Shown here: positions 19,337-28,638 of the stretch, in pieces
How positions within the stretch are numbered: position 1 is the first letter of the stretch
Layout of the letters: every line of letters begins with the position of its first letter
Assembly (NCBI GenBank): GCA_963736005.1
Contig: CAVTNB010000001.1
Coordinates: forward strand, 1,728,001-1,792,000
Source of the DNA: an uncultured Pseudomonadota bacterium
Lineage (GTDB): Bacteria > Vulcanimicrobiota > Vulcanimicrobiia > Eremiobacterales > Eremiobacteraceae
Length of the DNA: 64,000 bases
Direction of reading: 5' to 3'
Position numbers and translations under genes: made by a program
The notes under the pieces: model-generated
Seen by the model: only the letters and a program-made list of their open reading frames with translations
Told to the model about the DNA's origin: nothing
Databases searched by the model: none

Positions 19337-20076
19337 AGGCGAAAACTTTCGCCCAAATAAAATTGCCGGGCTACCGGCGACTCGGCAACCTCGGATGCAC
19401 TCCCCGACACCTGGATCTTTCCGCGGTTGAGGATATATGCTCGGTCGACAATCGCGAGCGTCTCGCGCACTGCGTGGTCGGTGATAAGAATACCGAGGCC
19501 TTTGGAGCGCAGCAAACGGATGATTTCTTGGATGTCTGCGACCGCAATGGGATCGATGCCGGTGAATGGTTCGTCAAGCAGCAAGAAGGTCGGATCGGTT
19601 GCAAGCGCACGCGCAATCTCGACTCGACGCCGCTCGCCGCCCGAGAGCGTCTCAGACATGGCCCCCGCCAGCGAGTCGAGGCCGAACTCGGCGAGCAAGA
19701 GCGGCAGACGCCGTTCTTGTTCGTGCGACGAAACGCCCCGCTGTTCCCAAATGAGCCGCACGTTATCCGCAACCGAGAGCCGTCGAAAAACCGACGACTC
19801 CTGCGCGAGATAACCGATGCCTTCGCGCGCGCGAATGTGAATGGGTTGGTGCGTGATGTCGGTTTGCGAGCCATCAGCAGACGTGAGGAGTACCGAGCCG
19901 CCGTCCGGCCGCACCAGGCCAACCACCATGTAGAATGTCGTTGTTTTGCCGGCACCGTTGGGTCCGAGCAACCCAACGACTTCGCCAGAATTTACCTCGA
20001 GACTGACGCTGTCAACGACGGTGCGTGGCCCGTACGTTTTCGTGAGCGATCGGACATCAATCGTCCGCATTTGCAT
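19333..20076 (-). CDS. lptB: LPS export ABC ATPase LptB
   Basis: GPNGAGKTTTFY, YLAQESSVFRRL, LSGGERRRVEIARAL, DEPFTGIDP, ITDH. Confidence 0.96.
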   Translation of the reverse strand: MQMRTIDVRSLTKTYGPRTVVDSVSLEVNSGEVVGLLGPNGAGKTTTFYMVVGLVRPDGGSVLLTSADGSQTDITHQPIHIRAREGIGYLAQESSVFRRLSVADNVRLIWEQRGVSSHEQERRLPLLLAEFGLDSLAGAMSETLSGGERRRVEIARALATDPTFLLLDEPFTGIDPIAVADIQEIIRLLRSKGLGILITDHAVRETLAIVDRAYILNRGKIQVSGSASEVAESPVARQFYLGESFRL

Positions 20077-20084
20077 CTTGTCGA

Positions 20085-20666
20085 TCAGGGCTTCGCGCCT
20101 CCGCCGGGTCCTTTTCCGAAAAGTTGTATCTGCTGTAAGTCTAAGTCGGCGATCGCGCGCGTCCCCGTTAGCCGGTAGCCGCCCGGGTCTATCGCGACGA
20201 CGTGTCCGACCGCGGTCAAAAGTCGGGTCTTCTCATCGTACGTCATGTTGTCTGAGTCGAGCGTATCGCCGGCTGTCGTGCGGGCCAGCACACCGCCCGA
20301 GAGGGCGACGTCGTGGCTGCCCTCGTCCACAATCGCTACCGGTGCGGTTACCGTTAGCCTCGGCTTGCCTCCTTTAAAGAAGTGCAAGGTGTTATCGTGG
20401 AACGTTCCTTGCTGCAAGTTGGTCGCATAGAGTACGCTTGCTGCTTCCAGCGTGTACTCTCGCTGACCATTCGTGATGTTGCTAATCGTGACGGGACGCT
20501 GCTTTGTCCCCTGCGCGCTGATCTGATAAACGGGTCCGGTTTTGACGCTCCCGGGCGACGGGGATTCCCGCGCGGACTGGTTGCTTGCGCACGCTGCACA
20601 ACACAGCGCAAGCGAGAGAGCGATCATCTGCGAGCGGACCAAAACCTCGGCTGCTCCCCTCTTCAT
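20085..20666 (-). CDS. lptC: LptC-like beta-jellyroll protein, possible lipoprotein
   Basis: Hydrophobic segment with AAC lipobox-like end, repeated V.LSGGV/LTAVGHV jellyroll strands; upstream of lptB; ATGA coupling. Confidence 0.75.
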   Translation of the reverse strand: MKRGAAEVLVRSQMIALSLALCCAACASNQSARESPSPGSVKTGPVYQISAQGTKQRPVTISNITNGQREYTLEAASVLYATNLQQGTFHDNTLHFFKGGKPRLTVTAPVAIVDEGSHDVALSGGVLARTTAGDTLDSDNMTYDEKTRLLTAVGHVVAIDPGGYRLTGTRAIADLDLQQIQLFGKGPGGGAKP

Positions 20667-21904
20667 TGCACGCGCTCCATGCTTTTGCCAAGCGCGAGCG
20701 TTAGACCAAGCATGGGCCACGCGACAATGAGCAGGAAGGTGGTCACAACGTCGATCGCGTTCTGCGCCGCGGAGGCGACAAAGCCACAGACGAGTGCGGC
20801 GAACAACAACGTGCGCTCGCGATCGGCGGGATCGATCGACCTCTTGACCTTCGCGCACTCAGCGATCGCCACAATGGTAAACCATGTGGTTGCAGCCAAC
20901 CCGAGCACGCCATACTCGATGAGGATGTGCAGCGGCAGACTATGCGCGTGGACTTCATTGCTGGAGTATTCGGGCAGGCGAAAGTAAGGGTAGACGAGGT
21001 GAAAGCCAAAGGGCCCGACACCGGTCAATGCAAAACGCTGAGCAATGCGCAGGGCGCCAGCCCACACGGCCAGGCGCGACGCATTCTCGCTTGGGTCATG
21101 CGCGACGTCTCGGAATACCGTGGCGAGCAGCGCCAGCCCCACGACGGCGGCGACGACATATGCAAGTAACGGGCGTCGGCCGAATTTTTGTACGAAGAAA
21201 ACCAGCCCGAGCATGAGGCTCATGATGGCCGCACGCGATACGGAGAGGAGCAAGCCAAGCACTCCGGCAGCAGCAGCCCCAACGCCGATCGCACGCAGCC
21301 AGCCAGGCGACGCCACTTGTGCGAGCGCTATGGGAATCAAGAAAAGCAAATAGCCAGCGAGCTCGTTGGGCTGCAGAAACGTTCCGGACGCTCGGCCGTG
21401 CTCGTAGGCAAACATCGCAGGTGGCAGCTTCATAACGGACAGCACGCAAGCAATAAGTGCTGCGATCGCACCTGAGATGAGATAGCATGCCAGAAAGGCG
21501 TGGCGCGTGCTTTTGTCCCCAAGCACTTCGATCGACGCGACGAGGAGGACACAACCCCCAAGAGTCGTGACAAGAGAGAATATTCCCACTTTGGGTTCGA
21601 TGGCCCACGCGAGGGCGATAAGTTGCGACACGACGATCGCACATAGAGGGAGCCACAGCGCTTTGGGAAATTTGCGAACGCCGCGCAAGAAAAGAAATGC
21701 GAGCGAGACAAGCGTCGCGATCGCGGCTGCGCAGCCCAAGAAGAGGGCGAGCGTCCGGCTCGGATGCGGCGCGGTCGGCGGCAGCGTCCCTGCGAAAACG
21801 ATGAGCAAGGGCAAGAACGGACCGAGGACGGCGAAGGCGAACGGGGCGAGCGCCACCGGCCAGGCGGGAACGCTGCGAGTCGCTTGCATGATAGGCTGCT
21901 TCAC
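20663..21904 (-). CDS. O-antigen ligase (WaaL/Wzy_C) family membrane protein
   Basis: Many TM helices; RASGTF.QPN.LAGYL, SRAA, R..VW, GVGPFGF, HAHS. Confidence 0.85.
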   Translation of the reverse strand: MKQPIMQATRSVPAWPVALAPFAFAVLGPFLPLLIVFAGTLPPTAPHPSRTLALFLGCAAAIATLVSLAFLFLRGVRKFPKALWLPLCAIVVSQLIALAWAIEPKVGIFSLVTTLGGCVLLVASIEVLGDKSTRHAFLACYLISGAIAALIACVLSVMKLPPAMFAYEHGRASGTFLQPNELAGYLLFLIPIALAQVASPGWLRAIGVGAAAAGVLGLLLSVSRAAIMSLMLGLVFFVQKFGRRPLLAYVVAAVVGLALLATVFRDVAHDPSENASRLAVWAGALRIAQRFALTGVGPFGFHLVYPYFRLPEYSSNEVHAHSLPLHILIEYGVLGLAATTWFTIVAIAECAKVKRSIDPADRERTLLFAALVCGFVASAAQNAIDVVTTFLLIVAWPMLGLTLALGKSMERVQ

Positions 21905-23085
21905 GGTCGGCTCGAAGCCACCGCTAATGCAGCGGCTGCAACCGCTGCGGCGCCTCCCGGAGCGCCCATGCGACTTCGGCCCACCTCGCCCATCAAGGTC
22001 ATCTGGCGTGGATCCTCGATGAGCCGCACGACCCCCCGTGCGAATTCATCCTTGTCGGATGGCAAGACGAGCAACGCGTCGCCGAGCAGCCGCTTCTGGC
22101 GCATCCGGTACCACAACATTTTCTTTGGGTTCTCGCCTGGCTCGAGCGCGGCTACCACCGGGCGCCCGGCACCAGCCGCTTGTTCGTTTGCGGTACCGGC
22201 TTGTCCGAGAACGATCTGCGATGCAGCCAGCACATCTCCGAAAGCGCCACGCACGAGCACCACTTCGAGCGAGCCGTGCGTCGCTTTGGCCACAATGCCT
22301 TCATCTCCGCCCGGATCGGGCATTGCGAATCCCTCCGAGCGCAACGCGGCGACCAAGGCAAGCGCGTCAACGCTCGGAGCGACTGCCATGAAGGCCTGGG
22401 TGGCCTGACCTCGCGATTGTAACAGCTCGGCGATGGCCATCAGGCGTCCCAGCATGGCAGCCGCGACGCGTGGCGCGTCTGCTCTGCTTCCCGGCAACAC
22501 CCCAAACCTCGCGGCTCGCGGGTCCGCCGCCACGTCCACCTGTCCGCTGCGAATGCCATCCATCATCGCATTGCCAGCGTATTCGGCGCGAATCCCGCTT
22601 GCCCGCAGCGAGAGCGCGGTCGGTTCGTCGCGAGCGAACGTGAGCATCGCCTTGCGCGCGATCCATCGCTCGATTGCCGAATGCGCAGAGACGTAATCCG
22701 ACTTGGCAGTCGCAACAAAGATCGTCGGGCGGCCCGCGACCAGGCTCATGGCGAGGCAGAAAACGTCACCGACCGCGATGATAACGCTGCGTTGTCGCTG
22801 GGCCCGCAGAAAACGATTCTGTCGCATCAAAAGTCTCAACAGGCCGCTGCGCAGATCCAAGATCAGATTTCGCAGATTGATGTTTGCGACGAGGCCCCCC
22901 GAAGGCATGTCTTGCTGCGGCCCTACGGGTTGCAGCCAAGCGTCGGCGCGGGCGCGGCCAACAAGCGGGAAGTGCTCGAGGAGGGTAGACGGGTCGAGGT
23001 TTCCTATGGCGCGCCCAATGTAGCCTGCAATTGCAGCTTCACCATACCCGTTGCTCACGAGCAAAATGTCGGTGCCCGTCTTCAC
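21901..23085 (-). CDS. Lipid-A-disaccharide synthase-related GT-B protein (TIGR03492-like)
   Basis: LVSNGYGE, MPSGG, AVGD, TAKSDY, LPGSR, GQAGTANEQAAG.G.PV, RQKRLLG, RMGAPG. Confidence 0.8.
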   Translation of the reverse strand: MKTGTDILLVSNGYGEAAIAGYIGRAIGNLDPSTLLEHFPLVGRARADAWLQPVGPQQDMPSGGLVANINLRNLILDLRSGLLRLLMRQNRFLRAQRQRSVIIAVGDVFCLAMSLVAGRPTIFVATAKSDYVSAHSAIERWIARKAMLTFARDEPTALSLRASGIRAEYAGNAMMDGIRSGQVDVAADPRAARFGVLPGSRADAPRVAAAMLGRLMAIAELLQSRGQATQAFMAVAPSVDALALVAALRSEGFAMPDPGGDEGIVAKATHGSLEVVLVRGAFGDVLAASQIVLGQAGTANEQAAGAGRPVVAALEPGENPKKMLWYRMRQKRLLGDALLVLPSDKDEFARGVVRLIEDPRQMTLMGEVGRSRMGAPGGAAAVAAAALAVASSRP

Positions 23086-23852
23086 GGAAGCCCGGCGCGC
23101 AAGCGCTCGCGCGCTTCTTCGGAATCGTTACGCCGGAGCGGAAGCAAGCGATACGAAAATATGCTCGAGGTGCCGTTGTCGATGTGCAGCTCCAGTCGTC
23201 CGACATGCGAAGCGTAGGCTCCAGGATGCGCGATTGGGATACCGTTGATCACCTGCGGCTGCCATAATGCTTCATGCGAGTGGCCACCAAGGATGGCGGC
23301 GAGACTGCCGAAACGCTGCGCGATCTCGCGATCCGCGGGCAACCCGAGATGGGAAAGAAGGATGGTGGGCGTGGCCTTTGCCGGTGGTTTGGCCAAAAAT
23401 TCTTCAAGAGCCGTCGTGGGACTCAAAAAGCGCCAGCCAAAAATTTTTTCCCACCCGCTACCGGTTCGATACTGCGGCACTAACAGCGCAAGAATGCGAA
23501 CCGGCACGCCGTTGCGCTCGACCGTCAGAGAACGCGCGAACGCGGGCTCGCGACTGCGCAAGTCAATAAGGTTCGAACACACAAGCGGCATCTGTAACTT
23601 GCGCGCGCGGGCGAGAAAGGCGCCATGCAGGTAGTGAAACTCACGGTTGCCGACCGCCATGGCCGCATATGGAGCTTTGGCGAGCTCGTTTGCGATCGGC
23701 TCGGCGTTGCGATAGAAAACCGACGAACCCGCGAGCGCATCGCCGCAATCCACGAGCAAGCTGCCGGGCTCGACAATCTCAGCCAGCCGCTCGCCAAAAC
23801 CTGCGGAAGCGTGGATGTCGGACGTGTGATAGATAACCAGGCGATCCGTCAC
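23082..23852 (-). CDS. Calcineurin-like metallophosphoesterase (5'-nucleotidase/UshA N-terminal type), cytoplasmic
   Basis: HTSDIH, DCGD, GNREF, LSHLG, GGHSH; GTG 23852 overlaps the lpxB stop; no signal peptide. Confidence 0.85.
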   Translation of the reverse strand: MTDRLVIYHTSDIHASAGFGERLAEIVEPGSLLVDCGDALAGSSVFYRNAEPIANELAKAPYAAMAVGNREFHYLHGAFLARARKLQMPLVCSNLIDLRSREPAFARSLTVERNGVPVRILALLVPQYRTGSGWEKIFGWRFLSPTTALEEFLAKPPAKATPTILLSHLGLPADREIAQRFGSLAAILGGHSHEALWQPQVINGIPIAHPGAYASHVGRLELHIDNGTSSIFSYRLLPLRRNDSEEARERLRAGLP

Positions 23853-24997
23853 GAAGCCGCCCGCTCCTCGAGCTGGTCCACCACAAATCCGGCGATCTGT
23901 GCCAGCGTATCCGCCGGGCCGAGAGCGGCGCGAAGCGAGTCGTAGGCCTCCAGCTGCTCTCGCCGCAACGCCTCGCGCTCGAGCAAGGAGGTCGTAAGAT
24001 CGACAAGGTTCGGCACCGTAAAGCGCTCCTGCAGCAGTTCTGGAATGATCTCTCGCTCCATGACGAGGTTTGGTAAGGTGACCCGGTGCAGAAGGTGCGG
24101 AGGAAGCCTGCGCCCAGCTATACGCCGCTGCAGTGTTGACAGAACGTAGAAAGCAATTTGCGGAACTTTGACGAGTGCCGCCTCGAGCACGGCGGTGCCC
24201 GAGGCAACCCACGCGACATTGGCTGACTGCAAGGCTCGCACAGCGCTTGTCTGCGCGATGGTCAAGCTTCCCGGACCACCGCTACGACTCCACAGCGTCT
24301 CAATTCGGTTCGCAAGGCTCGGCGATGCTGCAACCGCGACGAAGGAAACGCCCACGATGCGGCCGAGCTCGCGCGCCGTGCGTGCTAGTGTCGGCACGTG
24401 GTGCTCTATTTCTTCGCGACGGCTCCCTGGCAAGACCGCGATCAGCGGTGCTTGCGATGAAGGCTGCGTGCTTCTGGGAGGGATCACGGAGACGAGCGGA
24501 TGTCCGAAGTACGCAACCCGCAAACCATTGCGAGCATAAAAGTCGCGTTGGTGCGCGAAAGGAGTCAGAGGCACGGTGAGCGCCGCAACCGCGCGAGCTT
24601 GCTCGAGGTTGTCAAGCCATGCCCCCGGCGGGAAATAGTAGACGATGGGTGCGCCGTAGCCTCCCTTGCGCAGCCAGCGCACGAGCGTCAGATTGACGGC
24701 GCCCGCGTCAACCGGAATGAACAAGCGCGGCGGACGCCGGCGCATGGCGGCCTCGAGCCGGCGCAAGACGATGTAGAGCATTGGAATTTTGGGCAGGATG
24801 GAAAGCGGTCCGATGCTCGCAAGCTCGGGCGACTCATAAGAAATCTTCGCGCCCGCTTGGCGCAGCCGCTCCCCCCCGATGCCTGCCAGCGTTAATCCAG
24901 GGTGAAGCTTCCGAGCTGCGCTCGCGAGCAATGAGGCTTGCAGATCGCCCGATGCTTCACCCGCAACGAAGAAGACATCGGCGGGTTCGTACTTCAA
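23849..24997 (-). CDS. lpxB: Lipid-A-disaccharide synthase
   Basis: AGEASGD, GHPL, LPGSRREE, ASGTAVLE, LPNL, PELLQ. Confidence 0.92.
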   Translation of the reverse strand: MKYEPADVFFVAGEASGDLQASLLASAARKLHPGLTLAGIGGERLRQAGAKISYESPELASIGPLSILPKIPMLYIVLRRLEAAMRRRPPRLFIPVDAGAVNLTLVRWLRKGGYGAPIVYYFPPGAWLDNLEQARAVAALTVPLTPFAHQRDFYARNGLRVAYFGHPLVSVIPPRSTQPSSQAPLIAVLPGSRREEIEHHVPTLARTARELGRIVGVSFVAVAASPSLANRIETLWSRSGGPGSLTIAQTSAVRALQSANVAWVASGTAVLEAALVKVPQIAFYVLSTLQRRIAGRRLPPHLLHRVTLPNLVMEREIIPELLQERFTVPNLVDLTTSLLEREALRREQLEAYDSLRAALGPADTLAQIAGFVVDQLEERAAS

Positions 24998-25812
24998 CGC
25001 TTGAGAATGCCACGATCGGTTTGCTCTTGCAAGAATGCGAGGAGTTCGCGTCCTTCATCCGTGCGCACGATGTCGCGCAGGCGCTCGAGCGCGCTCGAGA
25101 GATTGAGGTTCGACCGATAGAGAACGCGATACGCTTCTTTGAGATCGGCGAGCGACTCTGGCGAGATATTGACGCGCTTGAGTCCTACCGTGTTCAGACC
25201 GTACACGACCGTGGGGTTGCCTTCCACGAGCACGAAGGGTGGGATATCCTTCACAACCCTGCTCATGCCGCCAATCATTGCCATCCGGCCGACGCGGACA
25301 AACTGGTGCACGCCCGTCATTCCCCCAATGTTCGCGCCGTCGCTGACCAAAACGTGACCTGCGAGCTGGGCGCCATTTGACATGACGACTCCATCGCCGA
25401 TCCGGCAATTATGCGCGATGTGGACGTACGCGAGCAGGAGATTGTTGTTGCCGATGACGGTTTCGGTCTGGGCCCCTGTTCCGCGATGGATGGTGACGTA
25501 CTCACGCAACACATTGTGGTCACCGATGCGCACGTAGGAAACTTCACCCCGATATTTCTTATCCTGCGAAGCAGCGCCGATGACCGCGAAGGGATGAATC
25601 TCATTGTCGCGGCCAATCACCGTGTGACCGTTGACGATGACGTTGGACAACAGCTTCGTTCCATCGCCGATGGAGACGTCGGGACCGACGATGCAAAACG
25701 GGCCAATTTCAACGCCCCGCCCAAGCTTCGCATCGGGATGGACGACCGCGAACGAGTGGATCGATAGCCTCGGACCAGTGGGAACCGAATTGCGCGCGGG
25801 TAGTGGTTTCAT
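24994..25812 (-). CDS. lpxA: UDP-GlcNAc O-acyltransferase
   Basis: Hexapeptide repeats, QDKKY.GE, REYVTIHRGT, HIAHNC, HQFVRVG, GLNTVGLKR. Confidence 0.97.
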   Translation of the reverse strand: MKPLPARNSVPTGPRLSIHSFAVVHPDAKLGRGVEIGPFCIVGPDVSIGDGTKLLSNVIVNGHTVIGRDNEIHPFAVIGAASQDKKYRGEVSYVRIGDHNVLREYVTIHRGTGAQTETVIGNNNLLLAYVHIAHNCRIGDGVVMSNGAQLAGHVLVSDGANIGGMTGVHQFVRVGRMAMIGGMSRVVKDIPPFVLVEGNPTVVYGLNTVGLKRVNISPESLADLKEAYRVLYRSNLNLSSALERLRDIVRTDEGRELLAFLQEQTDRGILKR

Positions 25813-26285
25813 TAGAGGTGCAGCACCGAGGCGTCCAGCCGGAAGAGACGCGTATCCGAAACGATGGAGAATGCGAGCTCAGCACTGCAGACCAATTGAT
25901 CGTCGACGCGTGCTTCGGCATTGAGTCGTCCATAGTTCATCCGAATCCACATCACGTTGACTTCCATTTCGAGCTTGTCGCCCGGAACGACAGGCCTCCG
26001 AAACTTTACTTTATCGACCCCGGCCAAATATGGCACTGAGGTGCTGGCGCTGCTGGGCTCGATGACGGTTGTGCCGCCGAGTTGCGCCATCGCTTCGATG
26101 ATCAACACGCCCGGCATCACCGGATTATTGGGAAAGTGCCCCGCAAAGAACCATTCGTTCACCGTCACGTTCTTATATCCCACCGCACGCTGTTGGGGAA
26201 CGAGTTCGGTGATACGGTCGATCAGCAAAAATGGGTAGCGGTGGGGCAGAATCTCCATAATGGAGCGGACGTCAACGTAAGCCAC
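25812..26285 (-). CDS. fabZ: 3-hydroxyacyl-ACP dehydratase
   Basis: LPHRYPFLLIDR, GHFP..PVMPGVLIIEAMAQ. Confidence 0.97.
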   Translation of the reverse strand: MAYVDVRSIMEILPHRYPFLLIDRITELVPQQRAVGYKNVTVNEWFFAGHFPNNPVMPGVLIIEAMAQLGGTTVIEPSSASTSVPYLAGVDKVKFRRPVVPGDKLEMEVNVMWIRMNYGRLNAEARVDDQLVCSAELAFSIVSDTRLFRLDASVLHL

Positions 26286-26321
26286 TTTGTCTTCTCCGCG
26301 TTCTAAAGGTCAGGGACGTGC

Positions 26322-27167
26322 TTAGCGCGCCCCGGCGGCCGCCGCAAGTGGGGCGCGCAACTCGCGTGCTGCCGCGACATGCAGCGCGTGACCAGATTTG
26401 AGCGCGATGACTTCGCAGCGCGGATACAGCCCGAGCAACGCAAAGTCGCCGATAAGGTCGAGCACCTTGTGCCGCACGATCTCGTCCGGAAAGCGCAGCG
26501 GCCCCATATAGTCGTCGCGATCGATGACGACGGCGTTATCAAGCGAGCCGCCCAGCGCGAGCCCTTGGGAATAGAGCGCTTCGACCTCAGCCCGAAAACC
26601 AAACGTGCGATTGGGGGCAATCTCCCGCAAGAAATACTCGGGCGTCAGCGCTCCCGTTTCGAGAAATTGATTGCCAACCGGTTCTGGAAACGCAACGAAA
26701 AAGTTAATCTTGAACCGGTCGGCAGGGATGCACACGAGCAGTTTGTCGCCATCGCGGTGCCAAAAGGGGGAGCTCAGCGTCAAGACCCGCCGCGGCACGC
26801 GCTGCTCCTGCAGGCCCGCGTCGGCGATTGCGCGCGCGAACGGAAGCGCGCTGCCATCCATGATCGGAATCTCTTCACCGTCGATGAGAATCTGGGCATT
26901 GTCGACGTCCATGCCCAAGAGCGCCGCGAGCACGTGCTCGACGGTGTTGACTTCAGCAGTCGCCGATCCAAGGGTGGTGCAGCGAACGGTCGATCGAACG
27001 GTTTCAGGCGTCGCGGCGATGCGCGATCCATCGGCCAAGACGAATGAAAAACCGGCATTCGCCGGCGCTGGAGCTATCGTGACGGTGGCTTTACAGCCGG
27101 TATGAAGACCGACGCCTGAGAGGGCGACCTCGCGGGCGAGCGTGTGTTGATATTCCACTTTCACCAA
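26322..27167 (-). CDS. lpxC: UDP-3-O-acyl-GlcNAc deacetylase
   Basis: GVGLHTG, TVEHVLAAL, EIPIMDGSA, RTFGF, HKVLDLIGD, GH. Confidence 0.97.
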   Translation of the reverse strand: MVKVEYQHTLAREVALSGVGLHTGCKATVTIAPAPANAGFSFVLADGSRIAATPETVRSTVRCTTLGSATAEVNTVEHVLAALLGMDVDNAQILIDGEEIPIMDGSALPFARAIADAGLQEQRVPRRVLTLSSPFWHRDGDKLLVCIPADRFKINFFVAFPEPVGNQFLETGALTPEYFLREIAPNRTFGFRAEVEALYSQGLALGGSLDNAVVIDRDDYMGPLRFPDEIVRHKVLDLIGDFALLGLYPRCEVIALKSGHALHVAAARELRAPLAAAAGAR

Positions 27168-27173
27168 CGGGCG

Positions 27174-28217
27174 TCACTGAGATTTGCGCGACTCTTCGAG
27201 CATCTTCATCAGCGCGCGCACTTGTTCGAACAGCTTAGGCAACTTCCGAATTAGAACCTCCTGCTCGAGGTTCTCGCGGTGCGGCTTCGCGTAGTAGCCG
27301 GAGACGTTGGAATTGGCCGGCCACGAACCGATGACTTTCGCGCCTGCACCGACGACGCTTCCGTCGCCGATCTCAATATGCCCTGTGACGCCAACTTGCC
27401 CAGCAAGCACGACTCGTTTTCCCAGCTTCGTGCTGCCTGCGATCCCACACTGCGCGCAGATTGTGCAGTCTTCGCCGATCTGGACATTGTGCGCAACTTG
27501 CACGAGGTTATCGATTTTCGTGCCGGCACCAACCGTCGTCGAACCGGTAACAGCTCGATCGATTGTCGTGCATGCGCCGATCTCAACGCGATCGCCGATC
27601 ACAACGTTGCCGATCTGCGGAACCTTGATTTGCTCCAATCCGACCCGCACGAATCCGAAGCCATCGCTTCCAACGACGCAGCTCGCGTTGAGCACGCAGC
27701 TCGTGCCAACGATGCAATCATCCAACACGACGGCATGAGGGTGAAGCAGCGTGCCTGCACCGATGCGTGCGTTCTTGCCGACGTACGAACCACTGAGCAG
27801 CAGGCAACCCCCCTCGAGGGTGGCACCCTCCCGCACGATCACGTTCGGCCCAATCCATACGCCCGCGCCACGCGTGACGCCCGACTCGACGACCGCGCTT
27901 GCATGGGTGAACTCACCACTTGGCAGCAGCGGCGCAAACGATTGCAAAACCTCTGCCAGTGCCGCTCGCACGTTTTGGACCACAATGAGCGTCTTGCCAT
28001 TGCGCTCGGCGTCCTTTGCCCCAGGCGGTGCAAGGATCGCTCGCGCGCGCGAGCGCAACGCTCGCTCGAGCCAACGCTCGTCGACCGCAAACGTCAGGGA
28101 GTCTGCATCCGCTTCGTCGACCGATGCGACACGTTGGATGGCTGCGTCCTCATCGCCGACAACCGTTCCCCGGGTCAGCGCGGCGAGCTCGCCTAGGCGC
28201 CGACTCACGCTCGTCAC
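27174..28217 (-). CDS. lpxD: UDP-3-O-acylglucosamine N-acyltransferase
   Basis: GSDGFGF, KVPQIGNV, TIDRA, KIDNLVQVAHNV. Confidence 0.96.
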   Translation of the reverse strand: MTSVSRRLGELAALTRGTVVGDEDAAIQRVASVDEADADSLTFAVDERWLERALRSRARAILAPPGAKDAERNGKTLIVVQNVRAALAEVLQSFAPLLPSGEFTHASAVVESGVTRGAGVWIGPNVIVREGATLEGGCLLLSGSYVGKNARIGAGTLLHPHAVVLDDCIVGTSCVLNASCVVGSDGFGFVRVGLEQIKVPQIGNVVIGDRVEIGACTTIDRAVTGSTTVGAGTKIDNLVQVAHNVQIGEDCTICAQCGIAGSTKLGKRVVLAGQVGVTGHIEIGDGSVVGAGAKVIGSWPANSNVSGYYAKPHRENLEQEVLIRKLPKLFEQVRALMKMLEESRKSQ

Positions 28218-28224
28218 AAGACCG

Positions 28225-28638
28225 TTACTGACTCGGCGGGGGCGATGAGGACGTGTCGATCTTTAGCGCTTTTTCGACATCGATCGTGATATCGTCGCCT
28301 CCATAGTCAACACCGAGTTTCGTCACCACGAGTTGGTAGTGCCGGTCGCTCGCGATCTGCTTGACGGCATCGCGCACGTCGCCCGTAACTTCGTCTTGCC
28401 AGCGCTGGCTTTGTTGTTGCCATTGTTGGAACGCTCTGCGCTTCTCGGTTGGGCCAATCTTGCTCTCATTGATGGCATAATAGTTCGCTTGCAGCTGGCG
28501 CGAGTAGTTGATGAACTTCGGCCAGCGCTGTTCGATACTGCTAATGTTGACGACGGCAACCGTGGAGTGCGCCCGTGCGCAACCGCTCGCCACAAGCGCG
28601 AGCAGGAGCGTAGCGGCAAAGGTGTTGTGTATCTTCAT
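28225..28638 (-). CDS. Short Skp/OmpH-like lipoprotein
   Basis: ASGC lipobox, VAVVN head strand, AVKQIA...LVV...YGGDDIT.DV tail. Confidence 0.7.
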   Translation of the reverse strand: MKIHNTFAATLLLALVASGCARAHSTVAVVNISSIEQRWPKFINYSRQLQANYYAINESKIGPTEKRRAFQQWQQQSQRWQDEVTGDVRDAVKQIASDRHYQLVVTKLGVDYGGDDITIDVEKALKIDTSSSPPPSQ

